42,535 nt of DNA from an uncultured Candidatus Saccharibacteria bacterium (GCA_964393065.1 CAYMRY010000002.1:1-42535); one strand, 5' to 3'. Positions 1 to 8,681 are shown, numbered from the stretch's first letter. A program made the numbers and translations. Notes: a model not told the origin generated them from the sequence alone.

Positions 1-176
1 GTCGGTATAGATTACACCATAACATTTCAGCAATAACTGTGCCTGTCCCCGTTCCTTCATTCTTTTTGTCTATCTTTACCCGGATTTCTCCCTAAACCTC
101 CTCTTCGTAGCTTTGCCATGGGTGATTACTGGCCCAGGCTCCATCTTCCTCCTCATGCGGTATTTCAAAAAGAAAT

Positions 177-812
177 ATGCAGCTTGATCGCACGTTGCTT
201 TTTTGTGGCATCTTTTCGTCGCTCTGGTATGTGGCAATAAATATAGTGGTGCCATTATTCTATCCCGGCTACAGTTATCTCAATCACACGCCAAGCGAAC
301 TTTCCGCCATCGGTGCCCCCACGAGGACACTGTGGCTTTTTGCTGCCGCACCGTACATAGTGTTCTTCGCACTTTTTGGCTGGGGCGTACTCAAAGCGGC
401 AGCGGAGAATCGCGCACTTCGCATCACTGGCTGGCTCATACTCTTTTATTGTGCCTTCAACTTTTACTGGCCCCCCATGCATATGCGCGAAGTCCTCGCG
501 GCAGGCGGTGGAACATTAAGTGATACCCTGCATCTTGTGTGGGCGGGCGTAACAGTCCTTCTCTTTGTTCTCATCATGGGATTCGGCGCATCAGCGCTCG
601 GAAAGCGATTCCGTGTATTTACAATTATGAGCGGTATTTTGCTTATCTTCTTCGGTTATCTTACGTCCCAACTTGCCCCAAACGTTGGTCTGGATCTCCC
701 GACACCGCTCATCGGTCTCTGGGAGCGCACTAACATAAGTATTTTCCTTCTGTGGATTGTTGTATTTACCACAGTTCTCATACGAAATAGGGATTCTCAA
801 ACGCAATCATAG
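177..812 (+). CDS. polytopic integral membrane protein, DUF998-like
   Basis: 211-aa ORF with about six hydrophobic helices (for example LLFCGIFSSLWYVAINIVVPLF and VTVLLFVLIMGFGASAL). The overall pattern resembles DUF998 membrane proteins. Overlapping ORFs are short and compositionally odd. Confidence 0.6.
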   Translation: MQLDRTLLFCGIFSSLWYVAINIVVPLFYPGYSYLNHTPSELSAIGAPTRTLWLFAAAPYIVFFALFGWGVLKAAAENRALRITGWLILFYCAFNFYWPPMHMREVLAAGGGTLSDTLHLVWAGVTVLLFVLIMGFGASALGKRFRVFTIMSGILLIFFGYLTSQLAPNVGLDLPTPLIGLWERTNISIFLLWIVVFTTVLIRNRDSQTQS

Positions 813-854
813 CCTCAGCCCACGCCCGAGTTGTGAACCAGTCCAAGGATTATA

Positions 855-2246
855 GTGACTGACCTCAATACTTCGGAATTTGTAATTTACACGCACTCTT
901 CATCTTCATGTGAAATACTGTTTGGTGCAACACTTCTCCTTCCCTACAGGACGCAGGATCTTGTCGCGCATCAACCTTTAGGTCGGGATCACACAAAAAA
1001 GTATTGTTCACCTATGAGTAGTAAACGTGATAGAGCAGAGACCGCCGCAGCGCGAGATGTATCGCAGGATCTGAGATCGCGCATCGCGAGGCATCTTGAA
1101 ATGAAAGCAGAACAGCTCGAGAAAGCGTCAACCGACCGGCACGTCGAACTCATCAAAGATGACGCAAATGAACTCACCATAGTGCGCTCGGTTGCAGATC
1201 AGCACCAGGCCATCGTGCGGCGCATCGCCAAAGAAATACACGATCCGCGATCGTCCATCGATGACTATCGTCAATTTGGCGAACAATTTGCAACAACCGC
1301 TATCGAACGGCGCCTCTCGCTGCGCGACGCCATTGATGGACTTCTCTTTTTGAAAACCGAAATAGTGCGAGAACTCGCCGACGAAGGATTCTTGAAAGAA
1401 ATGGATGGAATGGAACTTAAAGGTCTCATCGATTTTATCGGTACTCGGATCGATGTTCTTTTTGCAGAACTCGCCGTGTCGTATCATCGCAATTTTGCGA
1501 ATCGTATCGAAGAGGAGCTCGCGTACCGTGAAAAGCAGAATCGACAAAAGGATCTTTTTATCCGCATTGCGTCGCATGAAATTCGCAATCCCCTTTCGAG
1601 CGCTCTGCTCTTGTGCGAGATTACCGCGCTCGATGTTGAGCTGCAAAGCGGCAGTGGGGGTACACCAAAAGAGAAATTCGCAGAAATTCAGGCACATTTG
1701 CTCTCCATTAGTCGGCATTTAGCACAGCTGCTTGAAATGTCGCTGCTTGAAGACGATAGACTCGCCTTACAAACAGAAAAAATCGATATAGTGTCATTGG
1801 TGCAGCGTAGTAAACTCTCGTTTGAGCGTTTGCGAAAAGACCGATTTGTGTCATTTGACCATTCAGAGCCAATTGCTGTGGAGACCGATCCTAATAGGGT
1901 GGATCAGATACATTCGAATCTTTTACACAATGCGGCTAAATACAGTCCTGCCGGGACAAGTATTGAGCTCTCAGTAACGCGACTTGATTCTACAATTGAA
2001 ATTAGCGTAACGGACCATGGCGACGGAATTAAAGAAGAAGAGTTTGAGCGTATTTTCGATCCGTATGCGCGACTCGCCAAAGACAAGAACCGAGTCGAAG
2101 GATTGGGCTTGGGGCTCTATATCGGAAGAACACTCGCGCATGCGCTCGGTGGCACGCTCACTGTTAAAAGTACACTTGGATTCGGTTCTACCTTTACACT
2201 AACGCTGCCGCTAAAGCATACGCGAAGCTCCGGCGGAACTATTTGA
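855..2246 (+). CDS. cytoplasmic sensor histidine kinase (HisKA + HATPase_c)
   Basis: H-box FIRIASHEIRNPLSS, N-box HSNLLHNAAKYSP, G1 VTDHGDGI and G2 GLGLGLYIGRTLAHALGG. No TM helix. GTG start at 855 is preceded by AAGGA; an alternative ATG start lies at 1014. Confidence 0.85.
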   Translation: MTDLNTSEFVIYTHSSSSCEILFGATLLLPYRTQDLVAHQPLGRDHTKKYCSPMSSKRDRAETAAARDVSQDLRSRIARHLEMKAEQLEKASTDRHVELIKDDANELTIVRSVADQHQAIVRRIAKEIHDPRSSIDDYRQFGEQFATTAIERRLSLRDAIDGLLFLKTEIVRELADEGFLKEMDGMELKGLIDFIGTRIDVLFAELAVSYHRNFANRIEEELAYREKQNRQKDLFIRIASHEIRNPLSSALLLCEITALDVELQSGSGGTPKEKFAEIQAHLLSISRHLAQLLEMSLLEDDRLALQTEKIDIVSLVQRSKLSFERLRKDRFVSFDHSEPIAVETDPNRVDQIHSNLLHNAAKYSPAGTSIELSVTRLDSTIEISVTDHGDGIKEEEFERIFDPYARLAKDKNRVEGLGLGLYIGRTLAHALGGTLTVKSTLGFGSTFTLTLPLKHTRSSGGTI

Positions 2247-2283
2247 AAGTATTGTGCGCTATAATCGTCAAAATTAAGTAAGT

Positions 2284-2697
2284 ATGAATAAAATAATTAT
2301 ATTGGTCGCGGTTGTCGTTGTTATTGGGAGTGTTGCTTATTTAGCTTTAGCAAAAACGCCTGTGGGCGAACAGGCCCAAATCGTAAATCAAATGCCTGTT
2401 GTTACTTCCGGTGAGAACCCGCAGCCGGGCGGCATACATGACCTCCCTGTCGAACCGGCCGCAGCAATTGCGCGCAAGGATTTGGCAGCTAAGCTTTCTT
2501 TCGATGAGAAAAGTATAGTCATCCTTCAAATTACCGACACTACATGGACTGATGGATGTCTTGGCCTTGGTGGACCGGCTGAAAGCTGCCTCCAAGCGAT
2601 GATTCCCGGTTTTAAAATCGAATTGCTCGCAAAGGGCGAATCGTACTTCTATCGCACGGACAAAACGGGTACGAGTGTTCGTATGGAGGTCAAATAG
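2284..2697 (+). CDS. membrane-anchored extracytoplasmic hypothetical protein
   Basis: 137-aa ORF with an N-terminal TM/signal anchor (IIILVAVVVVIGSVAYLALA) and a Cys pair in WTDGCLGLGGPAESC. It is followed by a strong terminator. Confidence 0.7.
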   Translation: MNKIIILVAVVVVIGSVAYLALAKTPVGEQAQIVNQMPVVTSGENPQPGGIHDLPVEPAAAIARKDLAAKLSFDEKSIVILQITDTTWTDGCLGLGGPAESCLQAMIPGFKIELLAKGESYFYRTDKTGTSVRMEVK

Positions 2698-2727
2698 CAT
2701 TGCAAGGTCCGTACGTCTTAAATAAAT

Positions 2728-2760
2728 GGCGTCGCTTCGTACGAAGCGACGCCCTTTTTA
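2728..2760. terminator. bidirectional rho-independent terminator
   Basis: Stem GGCGTCGCTTCG / CGAAGCGACGCC (12 bp) is followed by CTTTTT on the plus strand and by ATTTATTT on the minus strand. It lies between convergent ORFs. Confidence 0.8.
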
Positions 2761-2824
2761 CAGCCGCTTCTCTAGCGCCGTATTCGTGCCGTACAATACC
2801 GCTATGACTATAAAAAGATGGCTT

Positions 2825-3076
2825 TTATATATTACCAACAACGAGGAAACGACACGCCACGAACATGGTAATGGTATCGCCTTTTAAGTCATCAATACCA
2901 TCGCGCTTTTTGTTGGCAGTTACCTCCTCTTTGAGCGCGATATGAATGAGTGGATCGCCTTTCTTGTTATCGAATATACCTGGGCAATTGATACCAAGCG
3001 CCACAACCGGCCGTAACTTCACTCCCTCGTGATCGTCTCTCTTTCCCTTCTTTACGAGCGCGCGTACCGTGCCCAC
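2825..3076 (-). CDS. hypothetical small protein
   Basis: 83-aa ORF (GTG start), the only ORF in this gap. It is convergent on the bidirectional terminator at 2728-2760. No recognisable motif. Confidence 0.3.
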   Translation of the reverse strand: MGTVRALVKKGKRDDHEGVKLRPVVALGINCPGIFDNKKGDPLIHIALKEEVTANKKRDGIDDLKGDTITMFVACRFLVVGNI

Positions 3077-3114
3077 GTGAGCATCACCTATCTTTCACAG
3101 AGAATAGGTATAGT

Positions 3115-4776
3115 ATGAAGGAGTGTCGTTCACTTTTGAACGTACATTCTCGTCTAACCTCATTCATGTTTGCCAAAACTCCACTCGCGCGATCAAAATC
3201 CAAGACCAAGAAAAAGATACTTCGCTCGTTCCCGCTTCGTGCGGTGGTTGGGATTGGCGCATCAGCTGGCGGCCTTGAAGCTATTGCCGAATTTCTAGAA
3301 AATATCCCCGAAAAAACGGGGATGGCTTTTATTTATGTGCAGCATCTCGACCCCACGCACAAAAGCATGCTCACTTCTATACTTTCACGCGTGTCGCGCA
3401 TTCCGGTACAAGAAGCAAAACATGGCACACGCGTCTGTGCCGACAACCTGTATGTCATACCGCCCGGCAAAAACATGTTTATTGAAAGTGGAATGCTCCG
3501 ACTCGTCACCCGCGTAGGAGACGAAGGGCGACTCACCTCCATTGATACGTTCTTTCGTACGCTCGCTACCGATCAAAAAAATCGAAGTATCGGTATCATT
3601 CTTTCTGGAAATGCTTCCGATGGTGTTCTTGGTCTTGAGGCTATCAAGGGCGAGGGCGGTCTTACTTTTGCTCAGGACGAAAAATCCGCGAAGCACCCCA
3701 GCATGCCTCATAGCGCAATTGAAAGCGGCGCCGCAGATCAAGTCCTTGTTCCCGCCGATATTGCAAAAGAGCTGGGCCGCATCAGCCGACATCCCTTTGT
3801 CGCATCGCGCAAAAGCACCGACGTAGAAGAGGCGGCGAATGCCTTTGGCGGAAAAGAGCAAGACTCCATGCGAAAGATATTTGCGATGCTTCGAGCGCGT
3901 ACCGGGGTGAATTTTTTTAGATATAAAACTCCCACTCTGAGACGACGTATCAGCCGACGAATGATCCTGCACAAGATTGATACGCTGAAGAACTACGTGA
4001 CCTTTCTTGAATCTACCAAACCGGAAGTAGAAGCTCTGTTTCAAGATCTCCTCATCAACGTGATGAGCTTTTTCAGAGATTCCGATGCGCAGGATTACCT
4101 CCGCAGGCATGTGTTTCCCCTCCTCGTTAAAAATCGCGACAAAAACGAGACGGTCCGCATGTGGTCGGCCGGGTGCTCGACCGGTGAAGAAGCATATTCG
4201 CTCGCGATAGCATTCGTTGAGTTTCTGGATAATACGAACAAAAATATTCCCTTTCAAATCTTTGGAAGCGATTTAAGCGAACTCAACGTCGCAAAGGCGC
4301 GCGCAGGAATATACCCCCTCAGCATCGCGACCGACGTCTCCGCCAAGAGATTGCGACGTTTTTTTACGAAAGTAGATGGCCACTATCAAATTTCCAAGGC
4401 GATTCGTGATCAGTGTATTTTTGCAAAACAGGACCTTGTGAATGACCCTCCCTTCTCGCAGCTCGATCTTATAACGTGCCGCAATGTATTAATTTATCTC
4501 GAATCTGACGCGCAAAAGCGCATTCTGCCGACTTTTCATTACGCACTGAAGCCCGCGGGGTATCTCATGCTGGGCAAATCCGAGGGAATCGGAGAATTTA
4601 GCGACCTCTTTCTCGTAAAGCACAAGACCAACAAAATATATGTGAAAAAAGCATCCACGCGACGACGTATTTTGATGCGTTCAGCGATGAAAATCCTCAA
4701 TCGCGGCACTACGAGGAGGGTGAAAACGTACCCAAAGGAAAGCGTGCCGAAGAAAAGCCGCTCTCGTTTGATCTAG
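3115..4776 (+). CDS. CheB-type methylesterase / CheR-type methyltransferase fusion (N-terminal part of a frameshifted CheB-CheR-PAS-kinase gene)
   Basis: CheB motifs VVGIGASAGGLEA and YVQHLDPTHKS. CheR SAM-binding motif MWSAGCSTGEEAYSLA. The last ~40 codons are an unnatural Arg/Lys-rich tail before the stop at 4774-4776. Alternative start at 3166. Confidence 0.85.
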   Translation: MKECRSLLNVHSRLTSFMFAKTPLARSKSKTKKKILRSFPLRAVVGIGASAGGLEAIAEFLENIPEKTGMAFIYVQHLDPTHKSMLTSILSRVSRIPVQEAKHGTRVCADNLYVIPPGKNMFIESGMLRLVTRVGDEGRLTSIDTFFRTLATDQKNRSIGIILSGNASDGVLGLEAIKGEGGLTFAQDEKSAKHPSMPHSAIESGAADQVLVPADIAKELGRISRHPFVASRKSTDVEEAANAFGGKEQDSMRKIFAMLRARTGVNFFRYKTPTLRRRISRRMILHKIDTLKNYVTFLESTKPEVEALFQDLLINVMSFFRDSDAQDYLRRHVFPLLVKNRDKNETVRMWSAGCSTGEEAYSLAIAFVEFLDNTNKNIPFQIFGSDLSELNVAKARAGIYPLSIATDVSAKRLRRFFTKVDGHYQISKAIRDQCIFAKQDLVNDPPFSQLDLITCRNVLIYLESDAQKRILPTFHYALKPAGYLMLGKSEGIGEFSDLFLVKHKTNKIYVKKASTRRRILMRSAMKILNRGTTRRVKTYPKESVPKKSRSRLI

Positions 4777-4784
4777 AAGGTGAA

Positions 4785-6854
4785 TTGTCGAAAAGCGTCG
4801 ATCGAATACTACTCTCTTCTCGTTTTGCAACTCCGAGCGTCGTCGTTGACGAAGTGATGCAGGTGGTGCAATTCCGCGGCCATCTCTCGCCCTACCTTGA
4901 TTTTCCGACCGGTAAAGCGACGTGGAATCTGCTCAAAATGGCACAGGATTCCCTCATGATGGAGCTGCGCAATGCTATTACCGATGCGAAGAAGAAACAG
5001 AAAACGATAGTGCGCACTAATGTCACCTTGATACAGGATGGTCACCCGAGCACTGTAGATATTGAAGTCATTCCTTTAAAACGCGAAACGGGAAAAGATC
5101 GGCACTTTCTCGTCGTATTTCATTCTCCTGTAGTAGAGTTTGTGCACGATATTACGGCGCTCGATGAAGCAAGTCGCAGTAAAAAGCCGGATACAAACCG
5201 CACCATAGAGAAATTGCAACGCGAGTTAACGACGGTAAAGGAGCACTTGCGCAATGCGCTCGAGGAGGAAGAAAGTGCGCGGGAAGAATTTCAGTCGGTT
5301 AATGAAGAAGTTGTCTCGTCGAACGAAGAGCTGCAAAGTACGAACGAGGAACTAGAAACCGCAAAGGAGGAGCTTCAATCCACGAACGAAGAACTGGTAA
5401 CCGTGAACGAAGAGATGCAAAGCCGCAACGCCGAATTGTCACAAATAAACAACGATCTCTCGAATGTTCTTACTTCCGCGGACGTTCCTATCATCATCGT
5501 GGATCGCGAGCTACGCATTCGACGCATCACGCCCATTGCCGAAAAATCGCTGCGCGTCATCCCTGCAGACATCGGACGCTCCATTACCGACATCAAACTC
5601 CCCATCCGCTTTCCCGACTTGAGTGGACTCCTCTTTGACGTTATCGAAAGCGTGCAACCGCGGCACGAAGAGGTTGAAGACGAAAAAGGCAGGTGGTACA
5701 CGCTGTGGGTGCGGCCGTACAAGACGTGGGATAACAAAATTGATGGCGCCATTATTACACTTATTGATATCAACGAAATAAAGCTTGCGCAGTCGAAACT
5801 CGAGAGGTCTTTAGATTACGCAGAAGCCATCCTGGGGACAATGCGCGAGCCTCTCATTGTGTTGGATAAAAGCATGCACATAAAGAGTGCGAATGCCGCT
5901 TTTTATACGCTGTTCCACATGAGCGCAAAAGAGGTAGAGGGCATGTCGCTGTACGATTTGCATGATAGGCAATGGAACAAGCCGGCGCTGCGCGATGCTC
6001 TCGATGCAATTGGGCCGCAAAAATCTTCCTTTCGCGATGTCGAAGTTTCCTTTGACTTCCCCACGCTGGGTCCCAAAATCATAGGCTTTAACGGTCACAA
6101 ATTAATTCAACGCGAGGGAATTGAGGAACTCATACTACTCGCGATGGAAGACATCACCAATCATCGAATCCTCCAAGAGCGCAATGACACGTTTGTAAGC
6201 ATGGCTTCCCACGAGCTCAAAACGCCGGTCACGACGATCAAGACGTTGATACAGATACTCCAGAAACGATTTGAGTCGAATAGCGATACGATGCTCGTTG
6301 AATATCTCGCGCGTATGGGCTCTCAAGTCGATCAATTAGCGGGTCTCGTCGCCGATTTACTCGATATTTCCAAGATAAAGGCAGGTAAGATTGAAATTGA
6401 CGAGGGTATATATGCAATTGACGATCTCGTTCAGGGCATCGTCGAGAATTATCATCTGCTTGTGCCAAGTCATACGATAAAGCTCGAAGGAGTGACGAAT
6501 GTCAAAGTGAAAGGCGATCATGATCGCATTGGGCAAGTGCTTATCAATCTTATAGTGAATGCCATTAAATACTCTCCGCAATCCGATACGATCATCGTAA
6601 AACGAACCAAGGGCGACGGTGAAGTCACAATTTCCGTGCAGGATTTCGGCATTGGCATTAAAAAAAGTAATCAAGGGAAAATCTTCGAACGCTTCTTTCA
6701 AGTCGGCAATAAGGTGGGACAGAATTTCTCGGGACTTGGCATGGGGCTCTACATTTCCGCAAGCATCATCGAGCGCCACGGAGGGCGAATATGGGTAGAG
6801 AGCAACGGCTCTGGTTCTACGTTTTACTTCACGCTTCCCATTCATGCTGCGTGA
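4785..6854 (+). CDS. PAS - coiled coil - PAS - HisKA - HATPase_c sensor kinase (C-terminal part of the same split gene)
   Basis: QFRGHLSPYLDFPTGKATWNLLKM is typical of the segment that follows CheR in CheB/CheR hybrid kinases. Also present: an NEEL(Q/E)STNEEL coiled coil, H-box MASHELKTPVTT, N-box LINLIVNAIKYSP, G1 VQDFGIGI and G2 GLGMGLYI. The reading frame is already open from 4602. Confidence 0.85.
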   Translation: MSKSVDRILLSSRFATPSVVVDEVMQVVQFRGHLSPYLDFPTGKATWNLLKMAQDSLMMELRNAITDAKKKQKTIVRTNVTLIQDGHPSTVDIEVIPLKRETGKDRHFLVVFHSPVVEFVHDITALDEASRSKKPDTNRTIEKLQRELTTVKEHLRNALEEEESAREEFQSVNEEVVSSNEELQSTNEELETAKEELQSTNEELVTVNEEMQSRNAELSQINNDLSNVLTSADVPIIIVDRELRIRRITPIAEKSLRVIPADIGRSITDIKLPIRFPDLSGLLFDVIESVQPRHEEVEDEKGRWYTLWVRPYKTWDNKIDGAIITLIDINEIKLAQSKLERSLDYAEAILGTMREPLIVLDKSMHIKSANAAFYTLFHMSAKEVEGMSLYDLHDRQWNKPALRDALDAIGPQKSSFRDVEVSFDFPTLGPKIIGFNGHKLIQREGIEELILLAMEDITNHRILQERNDTFVSMASHELKTPVTTIKTLIQILQKRFESNSDTMLVEYLARMGSQVDQLAGLVADLLDISKIKAGKIEIDEGIYAIDDLVQGIVENYHLLVPSHTIKLEGVTNVKVKGDHDRIGQVLINLIVNAIKYSPQSDTIIVKRTKGDGEVTISVQDFGIGIKKSNQGKIFERFFQVGNKVGQNFSGLGMGLYISASIIERHGGRIWVESNGSGSTFYFTLPIHAA

Positions 6855-7007
6855 TATTTAAATTCAGGAGCGGTACCTCACCTATCCCCCGTTTGCTTCA
6901 CCCTGTTATCACTAAAGTGCGGTAGGGTGGTGATAGGATTCAGGTAACAGCTGCCGTATCAGGAGTCTCGGTACAAGATTCTACGGACACCGAAATAAGC
7001 TGGCAAC

Positions 7008-7370
7008 ATGAAAAAAAAGAAAACAGTAATGATCATTGACGACAATGCAGGAATACTGTTCGTCATGAAAGAGGCACTGGAACTCAAGGGCTATGACGTG
7101 CGAACTTCGCAAACCTTTACGAGCGTGGGTGCTGTCGCGAAAAATTCTCCCGATATCATTTACCTCGATGTGTCGCTCCTCGGAAAAGATGGTAGAACCA
7201 TCTCACGCGCGCTTAAAAGCAGCGCACGCACCAAGAACATCCCTATTGTCATTTTGACGGCGCATGTAAACGCACGCGAGCTTTCGGAAGAAGCGGGAGC
7301 AGATAGCTATCTTTCTAAACCATTTGATCTTGAGCATTTGTGGCAAAAAACTACTGCATATACGTCATGA
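7008..7370 (+). CDS. single-domain response regulator (CheY-like receiver)
   Basis: Motifs IIDDN, the phospho-acceptor context DIIYLDVSL, VILTAH and YLSKPF. 120 aa with no output domain. Confidence 0.9.
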   Translation: MKKKKTVMIIDDNAGILFVMKEALELKGYDVRTSQTFTSVGAVAKNSPDIIYLDVSLLGKDGRTISRALKSSARTKNIPIVILTAHVNARELSEEAGADSYLSKPFDLEHLWQKTTAYTS

Positions 7371-7404
7371 TAGCTGCGCCTGCAGCGCATAACCCGTTCT
7401 CATA

Positions 7405-7602
7405 ATGTCACGCTCAACAACAGAACTCCGCGAACTCGCACATGATATGCGTAACGCTCTCAGCGGTATGTACGCCTACGTGCAAGTGCTCGAGCTCGCT
7501 CTTGCAAAGCCAGGGTTGGAGCAGGAATTACAGATAACGAAAACCATCACGGAATTAGCACAAAAGATGGACGCTTTGATATCAGAGCGCGTGCGTGACT
7601 AG
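7405..7602 (+). CDS. DHp (HisKA-like) only mini-protein; possible phosphotransfer or anti-kinase protein, or a truncated kinase
   Basis: 65-aa ORF 34 nt after the receiver gene. It has an H-box-like LAHDMRNALSGMYAY followed by a second helix (ITELAQKMDALISERV). There is no ATP-binding domain. Confidence 0.55.
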   Translation: MSRSTTELRELAHDMRNALSGMYAYVQVLELALAKPGLEQELQITKTITELAQKMDALISERVRD

Positions 7603-7722
7603 TGATACATCTCCCCTACAGTTACTGCGGACAGTCACCATCATTATGTATTCTTCGAACCCTGTGGTCTCCCTGTTCCACTTCGATCCCTCGGCCGAAC
7701 TAGCAATAAGCCTGGTCGTATT

Positions 7723-8607
7723 CTAATCAATAGCTTGGACGCACTCTGTTAAAAACTGTTGGGGTGTTTTGAGACCGAGCCCCAGATGCAGTCGTCTCTC
7801 TACATACACAGGCAGGTACTTCTTGAGCGCTCCGTTCATCGTGCACACGTTCGCAGGGACAAGATCGAGACACTCTTCCTGTAAGGTGCGATTGAAGCGT
7901 TCGATATGTGCGTTGTCATTGGGCTTCCCAATACGAGTATATCGATGTGATCGCTTAGCTTGTGTCACAAACCAGCGTCCAAACTCAGGTCCGTGATCAG
8001 ACTGGAGCATTGAGAAGTTGAAGGGGGCTTTTTCTTCAGCTTCTGAGAGAAAACGCAGTGCTGTTTTTCCATTCATGCGTGCGTATGTTTTTGCATACAC
8101 CCACCGTGAACAGACATCAATCGCCACACATACGTACAGACGCTTCCTTGCATCGGTCATGCGATGGATGGTATCGAACTGCACGAGATCCCCTGGATGC
8201 TCAGGGAGCGGCCGCTCCACGTGGGGGTGGTATCGCTTCCACAGACTCCGCTTCTTAATGAGTCGCTTTCTCTCGAGGGTTCGCTTCACGGTGGAGAGGG
8301 AGACCTGTACACCTTCATTCTTGAGTTCCTGATGCACCACCTCTGCACAACGGTTGTGGACGAGACGCTTTGCAACAATTACCTCTTTAACCTTCTGCGC
8401 AATCCGTTTAGGATGTGACTTTAGCTTTGCGGAGAGTGTCGGTATTGGGTTGTACCCGTACACTCCCGCCCTCTTCACCCACTTGCAGATCGTACTTGAT
8501 CCCACTCCGTACCTTCTTCCGACTTCTGTCGGTGTGTAGCCTCTCCTCACCATGTCCGCCGCCTCTCGACGTACGCGGGGCATATGAGGGTTTTGTGTGT
8601 ATGCCAT
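7723..8607 (-). CDS. IS481-family transposase (HTH + rve integrase core)
   Basis: N-terminal HTH (GYTPTEVGRRYGVGSSTICKWVKRA). DDE core motifs VQFDTIH, VAIDVCSRW, LQSDHGPEF and NDNAHIERFNRTLQEE. The ATG at 8607 lies inside the right IR boundary. The longer ORF starting at 8673 would begin outside the element. Confidence 0.9.
   Translation of the reverse strand: MAYTQNPHMPRVRREAADMVRRGYTPTEVGRRYGVGSSTICKWVKRAGVYGYNPIPTLSAKLKSHPKRIAQKVKEVIVAKRLVHNRCAEVVHQELKNEGVQVSLSTVKRTLERKRLIKKRSLWKRYHPHVERPLPEHPGDLVQFDTIHRMTDARKRLYVCVAIDVCSRWVYAKTYARMNGKTALRFLSEAEEKAPFNFSMLQSDHGPEFGRWFVTQAKRSHRYTRIGKPNDNAHIERFNRTLQEECLDLVPANVCTMNGALKKYLPVYVERRLHLGLGLKTPQQFLTECVQAID
7727..7742. repeat. IS terminal inverted repeat (transposase 3' end)
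   Basis: TCAATAGCTTGGACGC matches the reverse complement of 8623-8638 at 15 of 16 positions. It contains the TCAATAG core that I recall from the IS481 end. Confidence 0.6.
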
Positions 8608-8622
8608 GACGCTTAGGGTATC

Positions 8623-8638
8623 GCGTCCAAGGTATTGA
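8623..8638. repeat. IS terminal inverted repeat (transposase 5' end)
   Basis: GCGTCCAAGGTATTGA is the reverse complement of TCAATACCTTGGACGC. Confidence 0.6.
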
Positions 8639-8653
8639 ACCATAACGTTAAGG

Positions 8654-8681
8654 TTGACGAAATCAACTCTCAAGATACTAT
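8654..8681 (+). promoter_or_regulatory. sigma70-like promoter of the 1005-aa secreted protein gene
   Basis: TTGACG (8654-8659), a 16-nt spacer, then TACTAT (8676-8681). The ATG at 8694 implies a very short leader. The -35 box starts 15 nt from the IS end. Confidence 0.45.

Larger units (their letters stand above)
7727..8638 (-). mobile_element. IS481-family (IS3-superfamily DDE) insertion sequence
   Basis: A single rve-type transposase ORF is bracketed by a 16-bp imperfect inverted repeat (15/16). No clean target-site duplication was seen, so the exact ends are uncertain. Confidence 0.7.

Noticed and set aside
3109-3117. TATAGT box directly abutting the ATG at 3115, considered as evidence for a leaderless CheB-CheR transcript.
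   Set aside because: A -10 box touching the start codon would place the transcription start inside the ORF. There is no -35 element. It more likely means the true start is the downstream ATG at 3166, or that the match is fortuitous.
3385-4257. 290-aa ORF antisense to the CheB-CheR gene. Similar long antisense ORFs occur at 1128-1718, 5375-5773, 6357-6845, 21108-21575, 30851-31435 and 32439-33008.
   Set aside because: Each lies entirely within, and opposite to, a gene with unmistakable domain motifs. Their products are Arg/Ser/Cys-rich with no motifs. They are typical shadow ORFs, especially in the GC-rich genes.
4642-4652. Programmed -1 ribosomal frameshifting on G AAA AAA G to fuse the CheB-CheR and PAS-kinase ORFs.
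   Set aside because: The run is only six A residues, so the P-site re-pairing is imperfect. I saw no obvious stimulatory SD-like element upstream or stable hairpin 5-8 nt downstream. A simple indel is more parsimonious. It is left as a minor alternative in the finding.
5280-5440. Regularly repeated GAAGAGCT/ACGAACGA DNA motif that at first glance looks like a short tandem array.
   Set aside because: It is the coding sequence of the NEEL(Q/E)STNEEL heptad coiled coil typical of CheB/CheR hybrid kinases. It is not a CRISPR or non-coding repeat. No CRISPR-like repeat-spacer structure was seen anywhere.
7617-7650. Gapped similarity between 7617-7650 (TACTGCGGACAGTCACCATCATTATGTATTCT) and 8676-8700 (TACTATTGCGGTCACCTTATGATTCT), on either side of the IS. 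Considered as a long target duplication or duplicated promoter-start region.
   Set aside because: It needs three gaps and lies about 75 nt outside the left IR, against 38 nt outside the right IR. IS481-type elements make short exact duplications. It cannot be distinguished from chance by eye.
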